Below the pieces are notes generated by a model. It had not been told where the DNA came from. It saw only the letters and a list, made by a program, of their open reading frames with translations, and searched no databases. Of a DNA stretch of 64,000 nt, positions 38,329 to 51,100 are shown piece by piece. The stretch lies in assembly GCF_001677475.2 (NCBI RefSeq), contig NZ_CP015229.1; one strand, written 5' to 3'. The stretch is from Escherichia coli. GTDB lineage: Bacteria; Pseudomonadota; Gammaproteobacteria; Enterobacterales; Enterobacteriaceae. Within the stretch, counting starts at the first letter, position 1. Each line of letters starts with the position of its first letter. Position numbers and translations under genes: made by a program.

Positions 38329-39507
38329 TTAACGTGTAATAGAGTACACGGTTCCGTCTTTTGCCTGGATCAGCAGTTTGCCGTCAGCGGCAACCGGTTC
38401 AGTCTGGAAACCGGAACTATCAACTTTTTGCTGGGCAACGAAACGACCATCTTCGACGTTAATCCAGTGCAGATAACCTTCGCTGTCACCTACCACCAGG
38501 TTGCCATTATACAGCACCGGAGAAGTCAGCAGGCGATGCAGCAGATCGCTTTGTGTCCACAGCGTAACGCCGCCATCAATGGTCAACGCCATCACCCGGT
38601 CATTTTGATCGACCAGATAGATGCGGTTGCCGTCGACGATGAAATCATTCACCGAACCCAGTTCGCGTTTCCACATAATCTGACCGCTGCGCAGATCAAG
38701 CGCCGTCAGGTTACCATTATAGGCCAGCGCGAAAACAACGCCGTTAACAACGATGGGAGTCGTGTCAACATCGCTCAGACGGTCAATTTCGGTTGAACCG
38801 GTCGCCTGGGAAATACGCTGCTGCCAAATCATCTGGCCCTGTTCCATCAGCACTGCGCTGACGCGACCATTATCGCCACCCACGACGGCCGCACCAAAAG
38901 CCGTTGCCGGCGCAGACTCGCCACGCAAAGAGAGCGAAGGCATATCGAGGTTAACTGTCCATTTGACAGCGCCGTCGGTTTCGTTCAGCGCTTGTAACTG
39001 ACCGTTACTGGTGTGGATTAACACCAGACCGTCGCTGACCACCGGACGCGAAAGTGCTTCACCCGCGACTTTAGTTTGCCATGCCACAGTACCATCGCTG
39101 GTATTCAGCGCGTAAACCTGCGCCTTTTCACTGCCAATGTAGACATGCCCGCCAGACACGGTCACGCCGCCAGAAAGTAATGCAGGCTCTTTAGAGAACC
39201 AGCCATCTTTCTCGGCCAGGCTGACAGACCAGATTTCTTTGCCATCATCCGCATTCAGCGCTTTTACTAAACCAGCGCGGTCCGCTGCATAGACAACGTT
39301 GTCCGCCAGTGCCGGATGAAGATTGGAATAGAAGTTGCCAATGCCGCTACCAACGGAAGTACTCCACGCCGTGGTCGGCGTAAACTGGTTTTCAACGGTC
39401 GGCAATGGGGACATCTTTACCACATCTTCTTCGCTGTTAAACAGCGAACAGCCGCTTAAAAGGGTAACGGAAAGCAGTCCTGGCAGCAGTAATTTACGCA
39501 ATTGCAT
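38329..39507 (-). CDS. bamB: BAM complex lipoprotein BamB
   Basis: Lipobox LLSGC; PQQ-like beta-propeller repeats. Confidence 0.9.
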   Translation of the reverse strand: MQLRKLLLPGLLSVTLLSGCSLFNSEEDVVKMSPLPTVENQFTPTTAWSTSVGSGIGNFYSNLHPALADNVVYAADRAGLVKALNADDGKEIWSVSLAEKDGWFSKEPALLSGGVTVSGGHVYIGSEKAQVYALNTSDGTVAWQTKVAGEALSRPVVSDGLVLIHTSNGQLQALNETDGAVKWTVNLDMPSLSLRGESAPATAFGAAVVGGDNGRVSAVLMEQGQMIWQQRISQATGSTEIDRLSDVDTTPIVVNGVVFALAYNGNLTALDLRSGQIMWKRELGSVNDFIVDGNRIYLVDQNDRVMALTIDGGVTLWTQSDLLHRLLTSPVLYNGNLVVGDSEGYLHWINVEDGRFVAQQKVDSSGFQTEPVAADGKLLIQAKDGTVYSITR

Positions 39508-39517
39508 CGGGTCCCTC

Positions 39518-40138
39518 TCAGATGGACAAATTATTAATTTTCATCTGCATCATTTCGCTCAGTGCCGGGGTAACATCGCTTTTCACGCCTGCTTCCCATG
39601 CACTACGCGCACCTTGCTTATCACCTTTGCTCAGCAATGCTTCACCACGCAGGTCGGCAACAATGGCAGCCCACCCTTCACCTTTGATGGTATCAAGGGT
39701 TTTCAGCGCGGCATCAGCCTGCTTGAGCTGAACCTGAACGCGAGCAAGACGCAGATTTATCACGGCTTTGAGATTTTCATCGCTCGTGTCTGCCAGCCCC
39801 TGTTGTAACTGGGCGGCAGCTTTCTCTAGTTCATTTTTGTCAACAAATTGCTGCGCAAGTTCCAAAGAAGCCAGCGCACCATAAGTATTTTTATTTTCAG
39901 CAGCAAATTTTTCCGCCGCCGGAATGCTATCCGGTTTGCCTTCGCTCACTGCGGTAACCGCATTTTGATAGGCAAGAGAAGCGGAGCGTGCAGAATCAAC
40001 CTGATGGCTGTTCCAGTAGCGCCAGCCAATCAGTGCGCCAACGCCCAAAATCACCCCAACAGCCAGTGCTTTGCCATTTTCAGCAAAAAAGCGTTTAACC
40101 GCTTCAACCTGGTCGTTTTCGTTCTCGTAAATTTCCAC
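39518..40138 (-). CDS. yfgM: Membrane-anchored TPR-like protein YfgM
   Basis: 206 aa with one N-terminal TM helix; between hisS and bamB. Confidence 0.85.
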   Translation of the reverse strand: MEIYENENDQVEAVKRFFAENGKALAVGVILGVGALIGWRYWNSHQVDSARSASLAYQNAVTAVSEGKPDSIPAAEKFAAENKNTYGALASLELAQQFVDKNELEKAAAQLQQGLADTSDENLKAVINLRLARVQVQLKQADAALKTLDTIKGEGWAAIVADLRGEALLSKGDKQGARSAWEAGVKSDVTPALSEMMQMKINNLSI

Positions 40139-40155
40139 GCTGTCCTTCTCCTTCC

Positions 40156-41430
40156 TTAACCCAGTAACGTGCGCAAATGCGCGGCTACGCTATCCTGCGC
40201 AACTGCCGTTTGCTCACCAGAGCGCAAATCCTTCACTACTGCTGTGCCGTTAGCCACTTCAGACTCACCCAGCACCACAGCAACGCGGGCACCCCATTTA
40301 TCAGCACGGGCAAACTGTTTCTTGAAGTTGCCGCCGCCGTGGTTGGCCATCAGTTTCACGCCCGGTAATTCATCACGCAGACGCTCTGCTAATGCCATAG
40401 CCGCAGATTGTGTATCAGCACCTGAAGCCACCAGGTATATATCGACAACAGGATCGGCTTTAAATTCCGGATTAACGGCCTGTACTAACAATACAAGACG
40501 TTCGAGGCCCATCGCAAAACCGACTGCCGGTGTAGCACGACCACCCAGTTGTTCCACCAGACCGTCATAACGACCACCTGCACACACGGTGCCCTGGGAA
40601 CCGAGGCTGTTAGTCACCCACTCGAAAACGGTACGGTTATAGTAATCCAGACCACGCACCAGACGCTGGTTGACGGTGTAAGCGATTCCCGCACTCTCAA
40701 GCAGTTTGCACAGACCGGCAAAATGCTCACGAGATTCCTCGTCCAGATAATCGCCTAATGCCGGAGCGTCGTTGAGAAGCGCCTGCACTTCCGGATTTTT
40801 TGAATCCAGCACGCGCAGCGGGTTAGTGTACATGCGGCGTTTGCAGTCTTCGTCCAGCTTTTCTTTATGCTGCTCAAGGAATGCCACCAGCGCATCGCGG
40901 TAATTGGCGCGTGCTTCCAGCGAACCGATAGAATTCAGCTCAAGAGTTACGTGTTCGGAGATACCCAGCGCACGCCACCAGCGGGCGGTGAGCATAATCA
41001 GTTCAGCGTCGATATCCGGACCTTGCAGACCGAAAACTTCGCAGCCCAACTGATGGAACTGACGATAACGCCCTTTCTGCGGACGCTCGTGACGGAACAT
41101 CGGCCCGATATACCACAGACGCTGTTCCTGATTGTACAGAAGACCATGCTCGATGCCGGCGCGTACACAGCCCGCCGTCCCTTCAGGGCGCAGAGTCAGG
41201 CTGTCGCCATTGCGATCCTCAAAGGTGTACATCTCTTTTTCAACCACGTCGGTGACTTCACCAATCGCACGTTTGAATAGCGGGGTCTGCTCTACAATCG
41301 GCAAGCGGATTTCACTGTAACCGTAGCTGCCGAGCACGTTTTTCAGTGTGCCTTCAATGCGCTGCCAGATGGCCGTTTCGCCAGGCAGGTAATCGTTCAT
41401 GCCGCGAATGGCTTGAATGTTTTTTGCCAC
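40156..41430 (-). CDS. hisS: Histidine--tRNA ligase
   Basis: 424 aa; class II aaRS motifs. Confidence 0.9.
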   Translation of the reverse strand: MAKNIQAIRGMNDYLPGETAIWQRIEGTLKNVLGSYGYSEIRLPIVEQTPLFKRAIGEVTDVVEKEMYTFEDRNGDSLTLRPEGTAGCVRAGIEHGLLYNQEQRLWYIGPMFRHERPQKGRYRQFHQLGCEVFGLQGPDIDAELIMLTARWWRALGISEHVTLELNSIGSLEARANYRDALVAFLEQHKEKLDEDCKRRMYTNPLRVLDSKNPEVQALLNDAPALGDYLDEESREHFAGLCKLLESAGIAYTVNQRLVRGLDYYNRTVFEWVTNSLGSQGTVCAGGRYDGLVEQLGGRATPAVGFAMGLERLVLLVQAVNPEFKADPVVDIYLVASGADTQSAAMALAERLRDELPGVKLMANHGGGNFKKQFARADKWGARVAVVLGESEVANGTAVVKDLRSGEQTAVAQDSVAAHLRTLLG

Positions 41431-41540
41431 GTTTATTCTCTTTCTGAATATAAAAATGAACCCTCAACGCTTCCCTCAATGTTTCGGGAGCCATGCGGGT
41501 TCAATCATACACGGGAAGCGAGGCGCTTCCCATCACGTTA
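41431..41540 (-). ncRNA. sroE: Candidate SroE-type sRNA region (ispG 3' UTR / hisS leader)
   Basis: Position only: I recall SroE mapping to the ispG-hisS gap; minus strand has gggaagcgcctcgcttccc and ctcccgaaacattgagggaag hairpins. Ends not determined. Confidence 0.3.
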
Positions 41541-42659
41541 TTATTTTTCAACCTGCTGAACGTCAATTCGACGCGCTTCGTCCAGCTGACTGGCTTTCGC
41601 ACGAATGCGTGCTTCCAGCTGGTCGATCATATCGTTGTTGTCCAGACGGTCTTTGCGCACGCCATCTTCATAGAGGCCGCTTTTCTTGTTGCCACCGGTG
41701 ACGCCGAGTGTAGAAACCAGCGCCTCACCTGGGCCATTCACCACGCAGCCGATAATCGAAACGTCCATCGGAGTGATGATATCTTCCAGGCGTTGCTCCA
41801 GCGCGTTAACCGTACCGATAACATCAAATTCCTGACGCGAACAGGTCGGGCAGGCGATGAAGTTGATCCCTCGCGAACGGATACGCAGCGATTTCAAAAT
41901 ATCGAAACCGACTTTGATCTCTTCAACCGGATCGGCCGCCAGCGATACGCGCAGCGTGTCGCCGATGCCTTCAGACAGCAGCAGACCTAAACCAATGGCG
42001 GATTTAACCGCCCCGCTGCGCGCACCACCCGCTTCGGTGATCCCCAGATGCAGCGGCTGATCGATCTGTTTTGCCAGCAAACGATAAGACTCAACAGCGA
42101 GGAAGACGTCTGACGCTTTCACGCTGACTTTGAACTGATCGAAGTTCAGGCGATCGAGATGATCAACATGACGCATGGCGGATTCCAGCAACGCCTGCGG
42201 CGTCGGTTCGCCATACTTTTCTTGCAGATCTTTTTCCAGCGATCCGGCGTTAACGCCAATACGGATCGGAATGTTTTTATCGCGCGCACAGTCAACCACT
42301 ATGCGAATACGCTCTTCATTACCGATATTGCCAGGGTTAATACGCAGACAATCGACGCCGTATTCCGCTACTTTCAGCGCAATGCGATAGTCGAAGTGGA
42401 TGTCAGCCACCAGCGGCACGTTAACCCGCTGTTTGATGAGTTTGAACGCTTCTGCCGCGTCCATCGTCGGTACGGAGACACGGACGATATCAGCGCCAAC
42501 GCGTTCCAGCGCCTTGATTTGATTGACCGTTGCTTCGACGTCTGTCGTACGCGTATTGGTCATGGACTGTACGGCGATGGGAGCACCATCGCCAATCGGC
42601 ACATTCCCAACGTAAATACGTGTTGATTTTCTACGTTGAATTGGAGCCTGGTTATGCAT
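41541..42659 (-). CDS. ispG: HMBPP synthase IspG (GcpE)
   Basis: 372 aa with C-terminal cysteine cluster ([10 protein letters not shown]). Confidence 0.9.
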   Translation of the reverse strand: MHNQAPIQRRKSTRIYVGNVPIGDGAPIAVQSMTNTRTTDVEATVNQIKALERVGADIVRVSVPTMDAAEAFKLIKQRVNVPLVADIHFDYRIALKVAEYGVDCLRINPGNIGNEERIRIVVDCARDKNIPIRIGVNAGSLEKDLQEKYGEPTPQALLESAMRHVDHLDRLNFDQFKVSVKASDVFLAVESYRLLAKQIDQPLHLGITEAGGARSGAVKSAIGLGLLLSEGIGDTLRVSLAADPVEEIKVGFDILKSLRIRSRGINFIACPTCSRQEFDVIGTVNALEQRLEDIITPMDVSIIGCVVNGPGEALVSTLGVTGGNKKSGLYEDGVRKDRLDNNDMIDQLEARIRAKASQLDEARRIDVQQVEK

Positions 42660-42685
42660 GAAAAATCTCCCGCGTTACCCGTCTG

Positions 42686-43699
42686 TTACTGCGCCGCTGA
42701 TTGTTCGGCATTGAGGGTCAGACGCGCAACCTGGTTAGTTCTGATAAAACGACTCAGATCGACAGGTTTCCCTTGATACTGGATCTGTACTGCGGCTGGC
42801 GCACCAATTTTCAGTTTGTACGGTGCCTGGCCGGTTAAGTTCAAATTACCGTCTTTACGCTGCATACCGCTAAACAATTTTTTACCGGTAGCATCAGTAA
42901 CCTCCAGCCAACAATCGGCAGTAAAGTTCATCACCAGCGCATTCGGATCAGCCACCGGCGTGGTCACGCCAGCCTGATCGGTTGGCAACGGCGCAGCACC
43001 ATCTGGCGTTGTTGTTGCCGTTGGTGCCGGGGTCGCGGCGGTATCAACATTTGCCTGCGAAGGCGAAACAACCGCATTCTGTTGCGGATCAACAGCTGGT
43101 GCTGGCGCAGTTACGGCAGGTGTTTGCGTGTTGGTTGCGGTAGTATCCACAGACGCTGGCGGCGTGGACGTTGTAGCTGGGTCTGTAGTTGTCGACGTAT
43201 TTAACGGAACACTCTGCCCCTGCTCGCTATTACTGCTCAGTTCCGCCGAAGATTGATCGGCCATAGTGGTGATCTCTTCCTGCTGAGCTTTGTGGTCTTG
43301 CCACCACCAGGCACCGCTCAGGCCGATAACCACAAACAACACCAGCCAGGTGAAGGTCATCAGCCAGCCGTCGCGTTTTTTGCGGCGTTTACCGAGGGAA
43401 AAACTCTGCATCGGCGCAACTTTTGCAGCCCGTAGTGGAGCCTGCTTTTCCAGCCCTGGCAGCAGTTCTTCTTCTGGAATATGTACCAGACGCGCATAAG
43501 AGCGGATATATCCGCGCAGGAATGTTGAAGCAAGATCGGCGGGTGCCTTATCTTCTTCAATGTCGCGTACCGTGGAAACCTTCAGGCAAAGTCGCTCGGC
43601 AACGGCCTGCTGACTAAGTCCTAGTTGTTCGCGAGCATTACGCAGGCGAGCGCCGGTAGTAAGTGCTTCATTTTGGTCGTGCGTGGCTTCAGTATTCAT
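42686..43699 (-). CDS. rodZ: Cytoskeleton protein RodZ
   Basis: N-terminal HTH, one TM helix, P/T/A-rich periplasmic linker. Confidence 0.85.
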   Translation of the reverse strand: MNTEATHDQNEALTTGARLRNAREQLGLSQQAVAERLCLKVSTVRDIEEDKAPADLASTFLRGYIRSYARLVHIPEEELLPGLEKQAPLRAAKVAPMQSFSLGKRRKKRDGWLMTFTWLVLFVVIGLSGAWWWQDHKAQQEEITTMADQSSAELSSNSEQGQSVPLNTSTTTDPATTSTPPASVDTTATNTQTPAVTAPAPAVDPQQNAVVSPSQANVDTAATPAPTATTTPDGAAPLPTDQAGVTTPVADPNALVMNFTADCWLEVTDATGKKLFSGMQRKDGNLNLTGQAPYKLKIGAPAAVQIQYQGKPVDLSRFIRTNQVARLTLNAEQSAAQ

Positions 43700-43943
43700 T
43701 CGCTGCAGGTACGTTTAAATGAGAATTGAGATGCCGGTGAACCATCATGCTCACCCACACCGCGAAACATCCGTTAAGTTAACCGTTATCATACAGTATA
43801 AGACCGTCTGTGTGCTCGTGACAAAGCCCACATTCACTAAGGCTAACTTACTGTTGCATCGTTACATACTGCCTTAAAGTCAGCAAAAACGCACCGTTAA
43901 TATTGACCAGACAATTGCAACTTAATACTTCATTCATAAAAGA

Positions 43944-43977
43944 TTACGCCACGGTACATAAAGTAACCGTGGCGTAA
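43944..43977 (-). terminator. Hairpin after rlmN
   Basis: ttacgccacggt..accgtggcgtaa inverted repeat 7 nt past the rlmN stop, U-rich downstream on the minus strand. Confidence 0.4.
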
Positions 43978-43983
43978 TGGCTA

Positions 43984-45138
43984 TCAGACCGCTTTAATGT
44001 CGATGGCTTCACCCTGCATCCGTTTACGCAGAGTACGTTTCGTACGGTCGATAACATCGCCCGCCAACTGTCCACAGGCAGCATCGATATCATCACCACG
44101 AGTTTTACGCACAATAGTGGTGAAACCGTAGCTCATCAGCACTTTTGAGAAACGGTCGATACGGCTGTTCGAACTGCGTCCATACGGCGCGCCAGGGAAC
44201 GGGTTCCACGGGATCAGGTTAATCTTACACGGCGTATCTTTCAGTAGCTCCGCCAGTTGGTGCGCGTGTTCAGTGCCGTCGTTAACGTGGTCAAGCATCA
44301 CGTATTCAATAGTGACTCGGCCCTGATTGGCGTTGGATTTCTCCAGATAACGGCGCACCGCAGCAAGGAACGTTTCGATATTGTACTTTTTGTTGATCGG
44401 CACAATTTCGTCACGAATTTCGTCGTTCGGCGCGTGCAGGGAAATTGCCAGTGCAACGTCGATCATATCGCCCAGTTTATCCAGCGCCGGAACTACACCG
44501 GAAGTGGAAAGCGTCACGCGACGTTTAGACAGGCCAAAACCGAAATCATCAAGCATGATTTCCATCGCCGGAACGACATTGTTCAGGTTGAGCAGCGGCT
44601 CGCCCATGCCCATCATCACTACGTTAGTGATTGGACGCTGACCGGTGACTTTTGCTGCGCCGACGATTTTCGCTGCACGCCACACCTGGCCGATAATTTC
44701 CGATACCCGCAGGTTGCGGTTAAAGCCCTGCTGGGCGGTGGAACAGAATTTACACTCCAGCGCACACCCCACCTGCGAAGAGACGCAGAGCGTTGCGCGG
44801 TCGTCTTCCGGGATATACACCGTTTCGACGCGTTGATCGCCAACGGCAATTGCCCATTTAATGGTGCCGTCAGATGAACGCTGTTCTTCAACCACTTCCG
44901 GTGCGCGGATTTCCGCCACCTCTTTCAGCTTGCCGCGCAACACTTTGTTGATGTCGGTCATCTCATCAAAGTTGTCGCAGCAATAGTGATACATCCACTT
45001 CATCACCTGATCGGCGCGGAAGGGTTTTTCACCTAAATCTTTAAAAAACTCCCGCATCTGCTGACGGTTGAGATCCAGCAGGTTGATTTTTCCATCTTTA
45101 GTGGTGACGTTTTCAGGTGTGACTAATTGTTCAGACAT
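43984..45138 (-). CDS. rlmN: Radical-SAM 23S rRNA/tRNA methyltransferase RlmN
   Basis: 384 aa with CxxxCxxC radical-SAM motif (CALECKFC). Confidence 0.9.
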
Positions 45139-45185
45139 ATGCTATTCCGGCCTCGTTATTACACGTTATGGCCCCTGGAGGGTTG

Positions 45186-45227
45186 AAAAAAGAAACGCCC
45201 CGGTGAGCGGCTGCTCGTCCGGGGGCG
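45186..45227 (-). terminator. Rho-independent terminator after ndk
   Basis: Minus strand cgcccccggacgagcagccgctcaccggggcg followed by tttctttttt. Confidence 0.55.
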
Positions 45228-45287
45228 CTGCATTGTACAAATTCTGGCGCACGGATGCCACGTTTGCACGCGGCATTTACGAAATTA

Positions 45288-45719
45288 TTAACGGGTGCGC
45301 GGGCACACTTCGCCTTCGCCGAAGAAATAAGCGATTTCGCGAGCGGCAGATTCGACGGAATCAGAACCGTGGGTACCATTTTCGGTCAGGCTGTCAGCGT
45401 AATCAGCACGCAGAGTACCGGCCAGTGCGTTTGCCGGATTGGTCGCGCCCAGCAGATCGCGGTGACGCTGAACGGCATTTTCACCTTCCAGCACGGAAAC
45501 CACGATCGGACCAGAGGTCATGAATTCAACCAGACCATCAAAGAACGGTTTTCCATCGTGTTCAGCATAAAAGCCACGAGCCTGTTCAACGGTCAGGTGC
45601 AGCATTTTGGTGCCGACAATTTTGAACCCTGCAGCTTCAAAGCGCGCAAAGATATTACCAATGACGTTTTTTGCTACCGCGTTCGGTTTGATGATGGAAA
45701 AAGTACGTTCAATAGCCAT
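45288..45719 (-). CDS. ndk: Nucleoside diphosphate kinase
   Basis: 143 aa beginning [23 protein letters not shown] active-site region. Confidence 0.9.
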
Positions 45720-45867
45720 TTTTACCTCTGTAAATTGTTCTGTTGTTGTCTGTACCAGCGTACGAGATGGCGCGGATTATAATGAGCAACAGGGCCGTTG
45801 ACTATTGATGAAGGTAACATTTTTTTAAAATAAACCTAGTTTAAGCAACAATCAGGGACAAAACAGA

Positions 45868-48180
45868 CTATTGCATGACAAATTTCACTGTCGCGATTTG
45901 CCCCACCTCATCCATCACCAGCAATTGATAATCGCCTTTATCCATCAAATGCAGGGTCACGTTGCGCCCGCGTTCAGTTAACGGTTCGCCATTCAGAAAC
46001 CACCAGCGTTCACCTGCCCCTCCACTTGATTGCAACGGCAAAGTCGCTTCCGCTGCGCCCGGTAAACGTTTAATAATCGCGCCATCGCGAACACCTGTCA
46101 GCTGCAGTGGGAGTTGTGCATCGTGACCGTATGGCGGGCAAATTGTCGAGGCCGCTGGTAAGCGCACAGCGCGACGTTCTGATGCGGGTAACCAGGGTTC
46201 CAGCGGTAGCGGCCAGACATTTATCATTTCTTGTCGCGCCTGAGGGCAATCAGCGGCAACACGTTTGCCGTTTTGATCCAGCCAGATGGGGAAACGAATG
46301 CCATTAATGCCTTCCTGCTCCGGCAGTAATAGAGTTGGCGGCTGACTCCCGTCCAGCAGCCAGGTTGCCAGGCGGCGGCGGCAGTTACCGTCACCTTCCG
46401 GCAAAGACTGTCCGCCCGGCCAGCAGATAACGCCACGACTTACAGAGTCAGGACGTGGGTCTTCCGGCAGATTCGCACTGCGCGACAGTAAGATATTATT
46501 GACCTGATTCAACAATGGTACGGCGCTGGCAAAGCCAAACTGACCAACAACGGGCGTGCCGTCCGGTCTGCCAGTCCAGATCCCAATGACATAGCGAGCG
46601 TTAACCCCAATCGCCCAGGCATCACGATAGCCATAGCTGGTGCCCGTTTTCCATGCCAGTGGGGCGACGCGCGGCAAGGCACCATCCGGCAAGGGTTGCG
46701 CTTCATCAGCCATAATCCGGCGAATGATCCACGCAGCCCCCGACGACATTAAAGGCCGTTCAAGCAGCGGATCGTCAGGCTGTAAGCGCAATTTACCAGC
46801 CTTGCCGTGGCGAGCAAACGCGGTATAGGCCGCCGCCATATCCCCCAGTTTTGCACCAGCGCCGCCGAGAATGAGCGAAAGATTCGGTGCAGCACCGTTG
46901 GGCAAATATAACGGCAATCCAACATTGCGTAACTTTGCAGCAAACCGTTTCGGCCCATAGGCTTCCAGCACCTGCACAGCAGGTAAGTTCAGCGAGCGCA
47001 CCAGCGCCTCACTCATGCTGATCGGGCCATGAAAACCGCTGTCAAAGTTGCCAGGTCGGTAATCACCGGTACGCCGGGGGACGTCTTGCAGCAGTGATGC
47101 CGGGTGGATCAATCCTTCATCCAGCGCCAGACCGTAAACAAACGGTTTGAGCACCGATCCTGGCGATCGGATCGCATTGACCATATCAACATGACCAAAG
47201 CGTGAATCATCGTTGAGATCAACCGAACCCACCCAGCCGCGAACACGCATATCGGTATGATCAACCACGATCATCGCCAGTGAGCTGCGCGGTGGTAATC
47301 GTCCTTTCCAGTTTTGCGCCAGTTCTTCCAAACGTCGTTGAAGACCGGCATCCAGCGTAGTAACGATTTTGTCGCTTTTGCTTTTACCGAGCATCATGCG
47401 CGAAAACAGCGGTGCCAATTGCGGCATTTGTCGGGGTGCCAGCCAGATGGGTTCTTCCCTTGACTCTTTTACCTGCTCACGGGACCACACACCTTGCGCA
47501 GCCATCCGTTCGAGCACTTTATTACGCGCGGCTTCGGCACGCTCCGGCCAACGATCCGGGCGAAGACGGCTGGGCGCTTGCGGTAACACCGCCAGCATTG
47601 CCGCCTCGGAATAGCTTAAATTCGCAGGCGATTTTCCGAGATAAGCCCAACTTGCCGCACCGATCCCCTGCAACGTACCGCCAAACGGAGCGCGGTTAAG
47701 ATACAAGGTCAGAATTTCACGCTTAGACAGATGCCACTCCAGTTGCAACGCACGCCAGAGCTGGCGAATTTTGCCGCCAAATGTTTTGGGGTGAGGATCA
47801 AGCAGACGAGCAACCTGCATAGTGAGCGTGCTGCCACCGGAAATAACCCTTCCCGAAGTGAGATCTTGCCATGCTGCGCGCGCCACCGAGAATGGATTCA
47901 CCCCCGGATGCTTCCAGAACCAGCGATCTTCATAATTGATCAGCGCTTCAAGGTAACGTGGAGAAACATCTTCGATTGTTACCGGATAACGCCAGATGCC
48001 TTCCGCATCGGCAAAGCGCCAGAGCGGCGTCCCATCCTGCGCCACGACCACACGTGCGGGATTGACTTCATGCAACGGCAGAGGCCAGAGTTTATCTGCT
48101 CCCCACGCCGCCAGAATGATAATAAAGGGCGCGGCTGCCAGCGTTATCCAGCAGCCGCGTTTACTTAACAGACGAGGCAT
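45868..48180 (-). CDS. pbpC: Penicillin-binding protein 1C
   Basis: 770 aa; glycosyltransferase motifs followed by transpeptidase domain; abuts the yfhM stop. Confidence 0.85.
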   Translation of the reverse strand: MPRLLSKRGCWITLAAAPFIIILAAWGADKLWPLPLHEVNPARVVVAQDGTPLWRFADAEGIWRYPVTIEDVSPRYLEALINYEDRWFWKHPGVNPFSVARAAWQDLTSGRVISGGSTLTMQVARLLDPHPKTFGGKIRQLWRALQLEWHLSKREILTLYLNRAPFGGTLQGIGAASWAYLGKSPANLSYSEAAMLAVLPQAPSRLRPDRWPERAEAARNKVLERMAAQGVWSREQVKESREEPIWLAPRQMPQLAPLFSRMMLGKSKSDKIVTTLDAGLQRRLEELAQNWKGRLPPRSSLAMIVVDHTDMRVRGWVGSVDLNDDSRFGHVDMVNAIRSPGSVLKPFVYGLALDEGLIHPASLLQDVPRRTGDYRPGNFDSGFHGPISMSEALVRSLNLPAVQVLEAYGPKRFAAKLRNVGLPLYLPNGAAPNLSLILGGAGAKLGDMAAAYTAFARHGKAGKLRLQPDDPLLERPLMSSGAAWIIRRIMADEAQPLPDGALPRVAPLAWKTGTSYGYRDAWAIGVNARYVIGIWTGRPDGTPVVGQFGFASAVPLLNQVNNILLSRSANLPEDPRPDSVSRGVICWPGGQSLPEGDGNCRRRLATWLLDGSQPPTLLLPEQEGINGIRFPIWLDQNGKRVAADCPQARQEMINVWPLPLEPWLPASERRAVRLPAASTICPPYGHDAQLPLQLTGVRDGAIIKRLPGAAEATLPLQSSGGAGERWWFLNGEPLTERGRNVTLHLMDKGDYQLLVMDEVGQIATVKFVMQ

Positions 48181-51100
48181 TTACGGTCTGACAATCAACA
48201 GATCTTCAGCCGCGCCGGTCGCCCGCCATTGGGGAACATACATTGATTCCACCATCGGTTGCGGTACCTGATACGTTCCCGGCGTCACCGCCCGCGCCAG
48301 ATACACCAGCGTTACCGGTTGGTATTCATCAACGGCAACCGCCGCCACAAAGCGATCGTCACGGAACTCAATGTGCTTAATGCTCGCCTGCTGCATCTGG
48401 TTCAGTAAGTTTTGCACTTCGCCACCACTTTGCTCCAGGCTGGCGCTACCGTTCGCCAGATTCTGATTTTCCAGTTCCAGACCCGCAGGCAGCAGATCCA
48501 CGACTAACGCATCCGGCACGCTGTTACTGGCTTTAACCTGCAACCAGACCAGCACCAGATCGCCGCTACGTAACGAGTCCAGCGATTTGCTCTTACCATC
48601 AGTACCAAGAATATGACGCTCGATTTGCAGCACATTGTTCGCCGGTAAAGGTGCGGATTGCGGATAACCGCTGGCATCCACACGCAGCCATAACGGCTGA
48701 TCGCCACTGTTGGTCACCTGCAAGGTGGCAAGTTGATCGCTATTCAGATTGCTGTTTTGCGCTTTCTCGCCTGTCAGCGGCTCAGCAGAGAAAGTGGTTT
48801 GCGCCTGCCATTTGCCCGGTAAATCCTGAATCGTACGGGCAGCCAGGAACAACGCGTTACTTTCCTGCGTCGATAGCCAGCGTTCACCAAATGCCTGCTG
48901 CGAAAGCGTGTTCAGCAAAGCGTTCTGCTCATCGGGTAGCAGTTTATTTTCTTCCAGCAAGGAGAGCATCAACGCGTTGTCGCGCAGTGGACTACCGTAA
49001 TCACCCAGCCATATCCGCTCATCACTATTACGCGGCGTTTTCAGCGCCAACGCAATTGCTTCTTCACCACGCGTCGCATCACCCATGGTTTTCAGCGCAA
49101 CGCCAAGTTGCAGCAGCGGTAAACCAGAAGCGGCATCTGCACGATGCTCCCAGATTTCACGCAGCGCACCCAGTGGAGCTTTTTGCTGACGGGCCAGCAC
49201 CAGCGCAGCGTAAGACTGTACGGCGAATTTACTGGCTTTGAGATTATCCGCGTACGGGATCGACATCATGCCCGGATCTTGTAAATAGCGCAGCAGACGC
49301 TCATTTCCCCGGTTAATGGCGTCCGTCGGCACGCTGTAACCCTGCTCACCTGCGCGGACCAGGAAATCCATCACGTAAGCCGTCAGCCAGTACTCTTCGT
49401 CACCGTTTTTATCCCACAGCGCAAAGCCGCCGTTATCACGTTGCATTTGCAGCAAACGGGAAATGCCGATATCGACCGATGCACGGCGCTTCTCATCACT
49501 GTCGCCTTTGATGCCCAACGCCTGCAGTTGGGCTGCGTTGGTATAAAGTGACGGGAACAGGCCGCTGGCGGTTTGCTCAAGACAGCCGTACGGATACGCT
49601 TTTAACTCTTTGATATAACGTGCGATGTTCAGCGGTGGTTTGCCGCTCAACAACAATTGCCCTTCCAGCGTAACAGGCGAGAAGTTTTGCAATCTATCCG
49701 CCGGAATCGCCCATGTCTCACCAGGCTGTAACGCCGTACCGTAATTAACCGTTTGTGCCGGGAACGCAGGACGGACGCCGATTTTCCACTGCTTATGCTG
49801 ATCGGCAACGGTTTCACCCGGTAACGCTAACCCGCTAATGGTGGCCTGAATTTCTCCATCGCCATAACCCGGCAATGCTCGCACCGGGATAAACAGCGTA
49901 GTACGCACACCTGGCGCTAATTCAACGGCAGCGGGTGAATCGCTGACCAGTTCAAGCAAACCACTGGCGGTCAGGGCAACGTTCAGTTTTTGCGGTTTAT
50001 CGGTAAGATTAGTGATATCCAGCGTCAGACGCGAGGTATCGCCACTCGCCATAAAGCGCGGCATGTTCAGTTCAGCAATCACCGGTGCGGCAACTATCAC
50101 TTTGCTTTCGTTGCTACCGAAGTCATCTGCCGTCCAGGCTTGCGCCATGACGCGCAATTCACCGTTAAAATCGCCAATCGGCAGTGTAACCGAGCCTTCG
50201 CCCTGTTCGTTGAGCGTTACCGGCAGCGCCTGCTGCGCGACAATATTGACGTGATTGACCGGCGGTTTACCACCACGTTTCAGCTCATCACCATCGCCAC
50301 CGAAACGCAGAGCTGCCAGACGCCCCTGACCTTCAATAACCTGACCGTAAATATCGTAAATGTCTGCGCCATAGCGTTTCTGACCAAAGAACGCCTGCCA
50401 CGGATCTGGCGTGACGTAGTCAGTAATATTCAGCACACCACTATCAACGGCAGACACCAGCACATTCACCTGTTTAGGCTTCTCGCCATTTTTAGTGCTG
50501 GCTTTAATTTTCACGGTTAATGGTTGATTGGGACGCATTTTTGCTGGTGTTTCCAGCGCCAGATCGAGGCGACGGTTTTCATCACCAAGCGGCAGATGCA
50601 ACACACCAACCGCGCGTTTTGGCGTCGCGGAGCGAGATTTATCGCCAGGACGTACCACCAGCGTACTTAAATACAGATCATGACGATTCCAGGTTTTATC
50701 GACCGGAATCGTCAGATCCAGCCCTTGAGCCGGAACATCAATCTCTTGCCACCACAGCGGCCCTTCACTGGACTCGACCATCGCATAACCTTTACCCTCC
50801 GTTGGCGCGGCAATATGCAACTTAATGGTATCGCCAGGGCGATAACTGGCTTTATCCAGTTTCAGCGTGACACGGTCGGGTCGCACTGCGCCGCTCCCGT
50901 CGCTGTTGTCCTGCCAGCTATAGCCAGCCCAGAAACGCACACTACTGACCGCTTCATTCGGCGCTTTGACTTCCAGACGATAAGCGCCCCACTCTACCGG
51001 GAAACTGACCTTGCCGGTTTCGTCCGCTTTCAGATCCAGAGTTTGTTCATTTTCAATCAGATCTTTTTGATCAAACTGTGACTGCCAGCCTTCATCTTCT

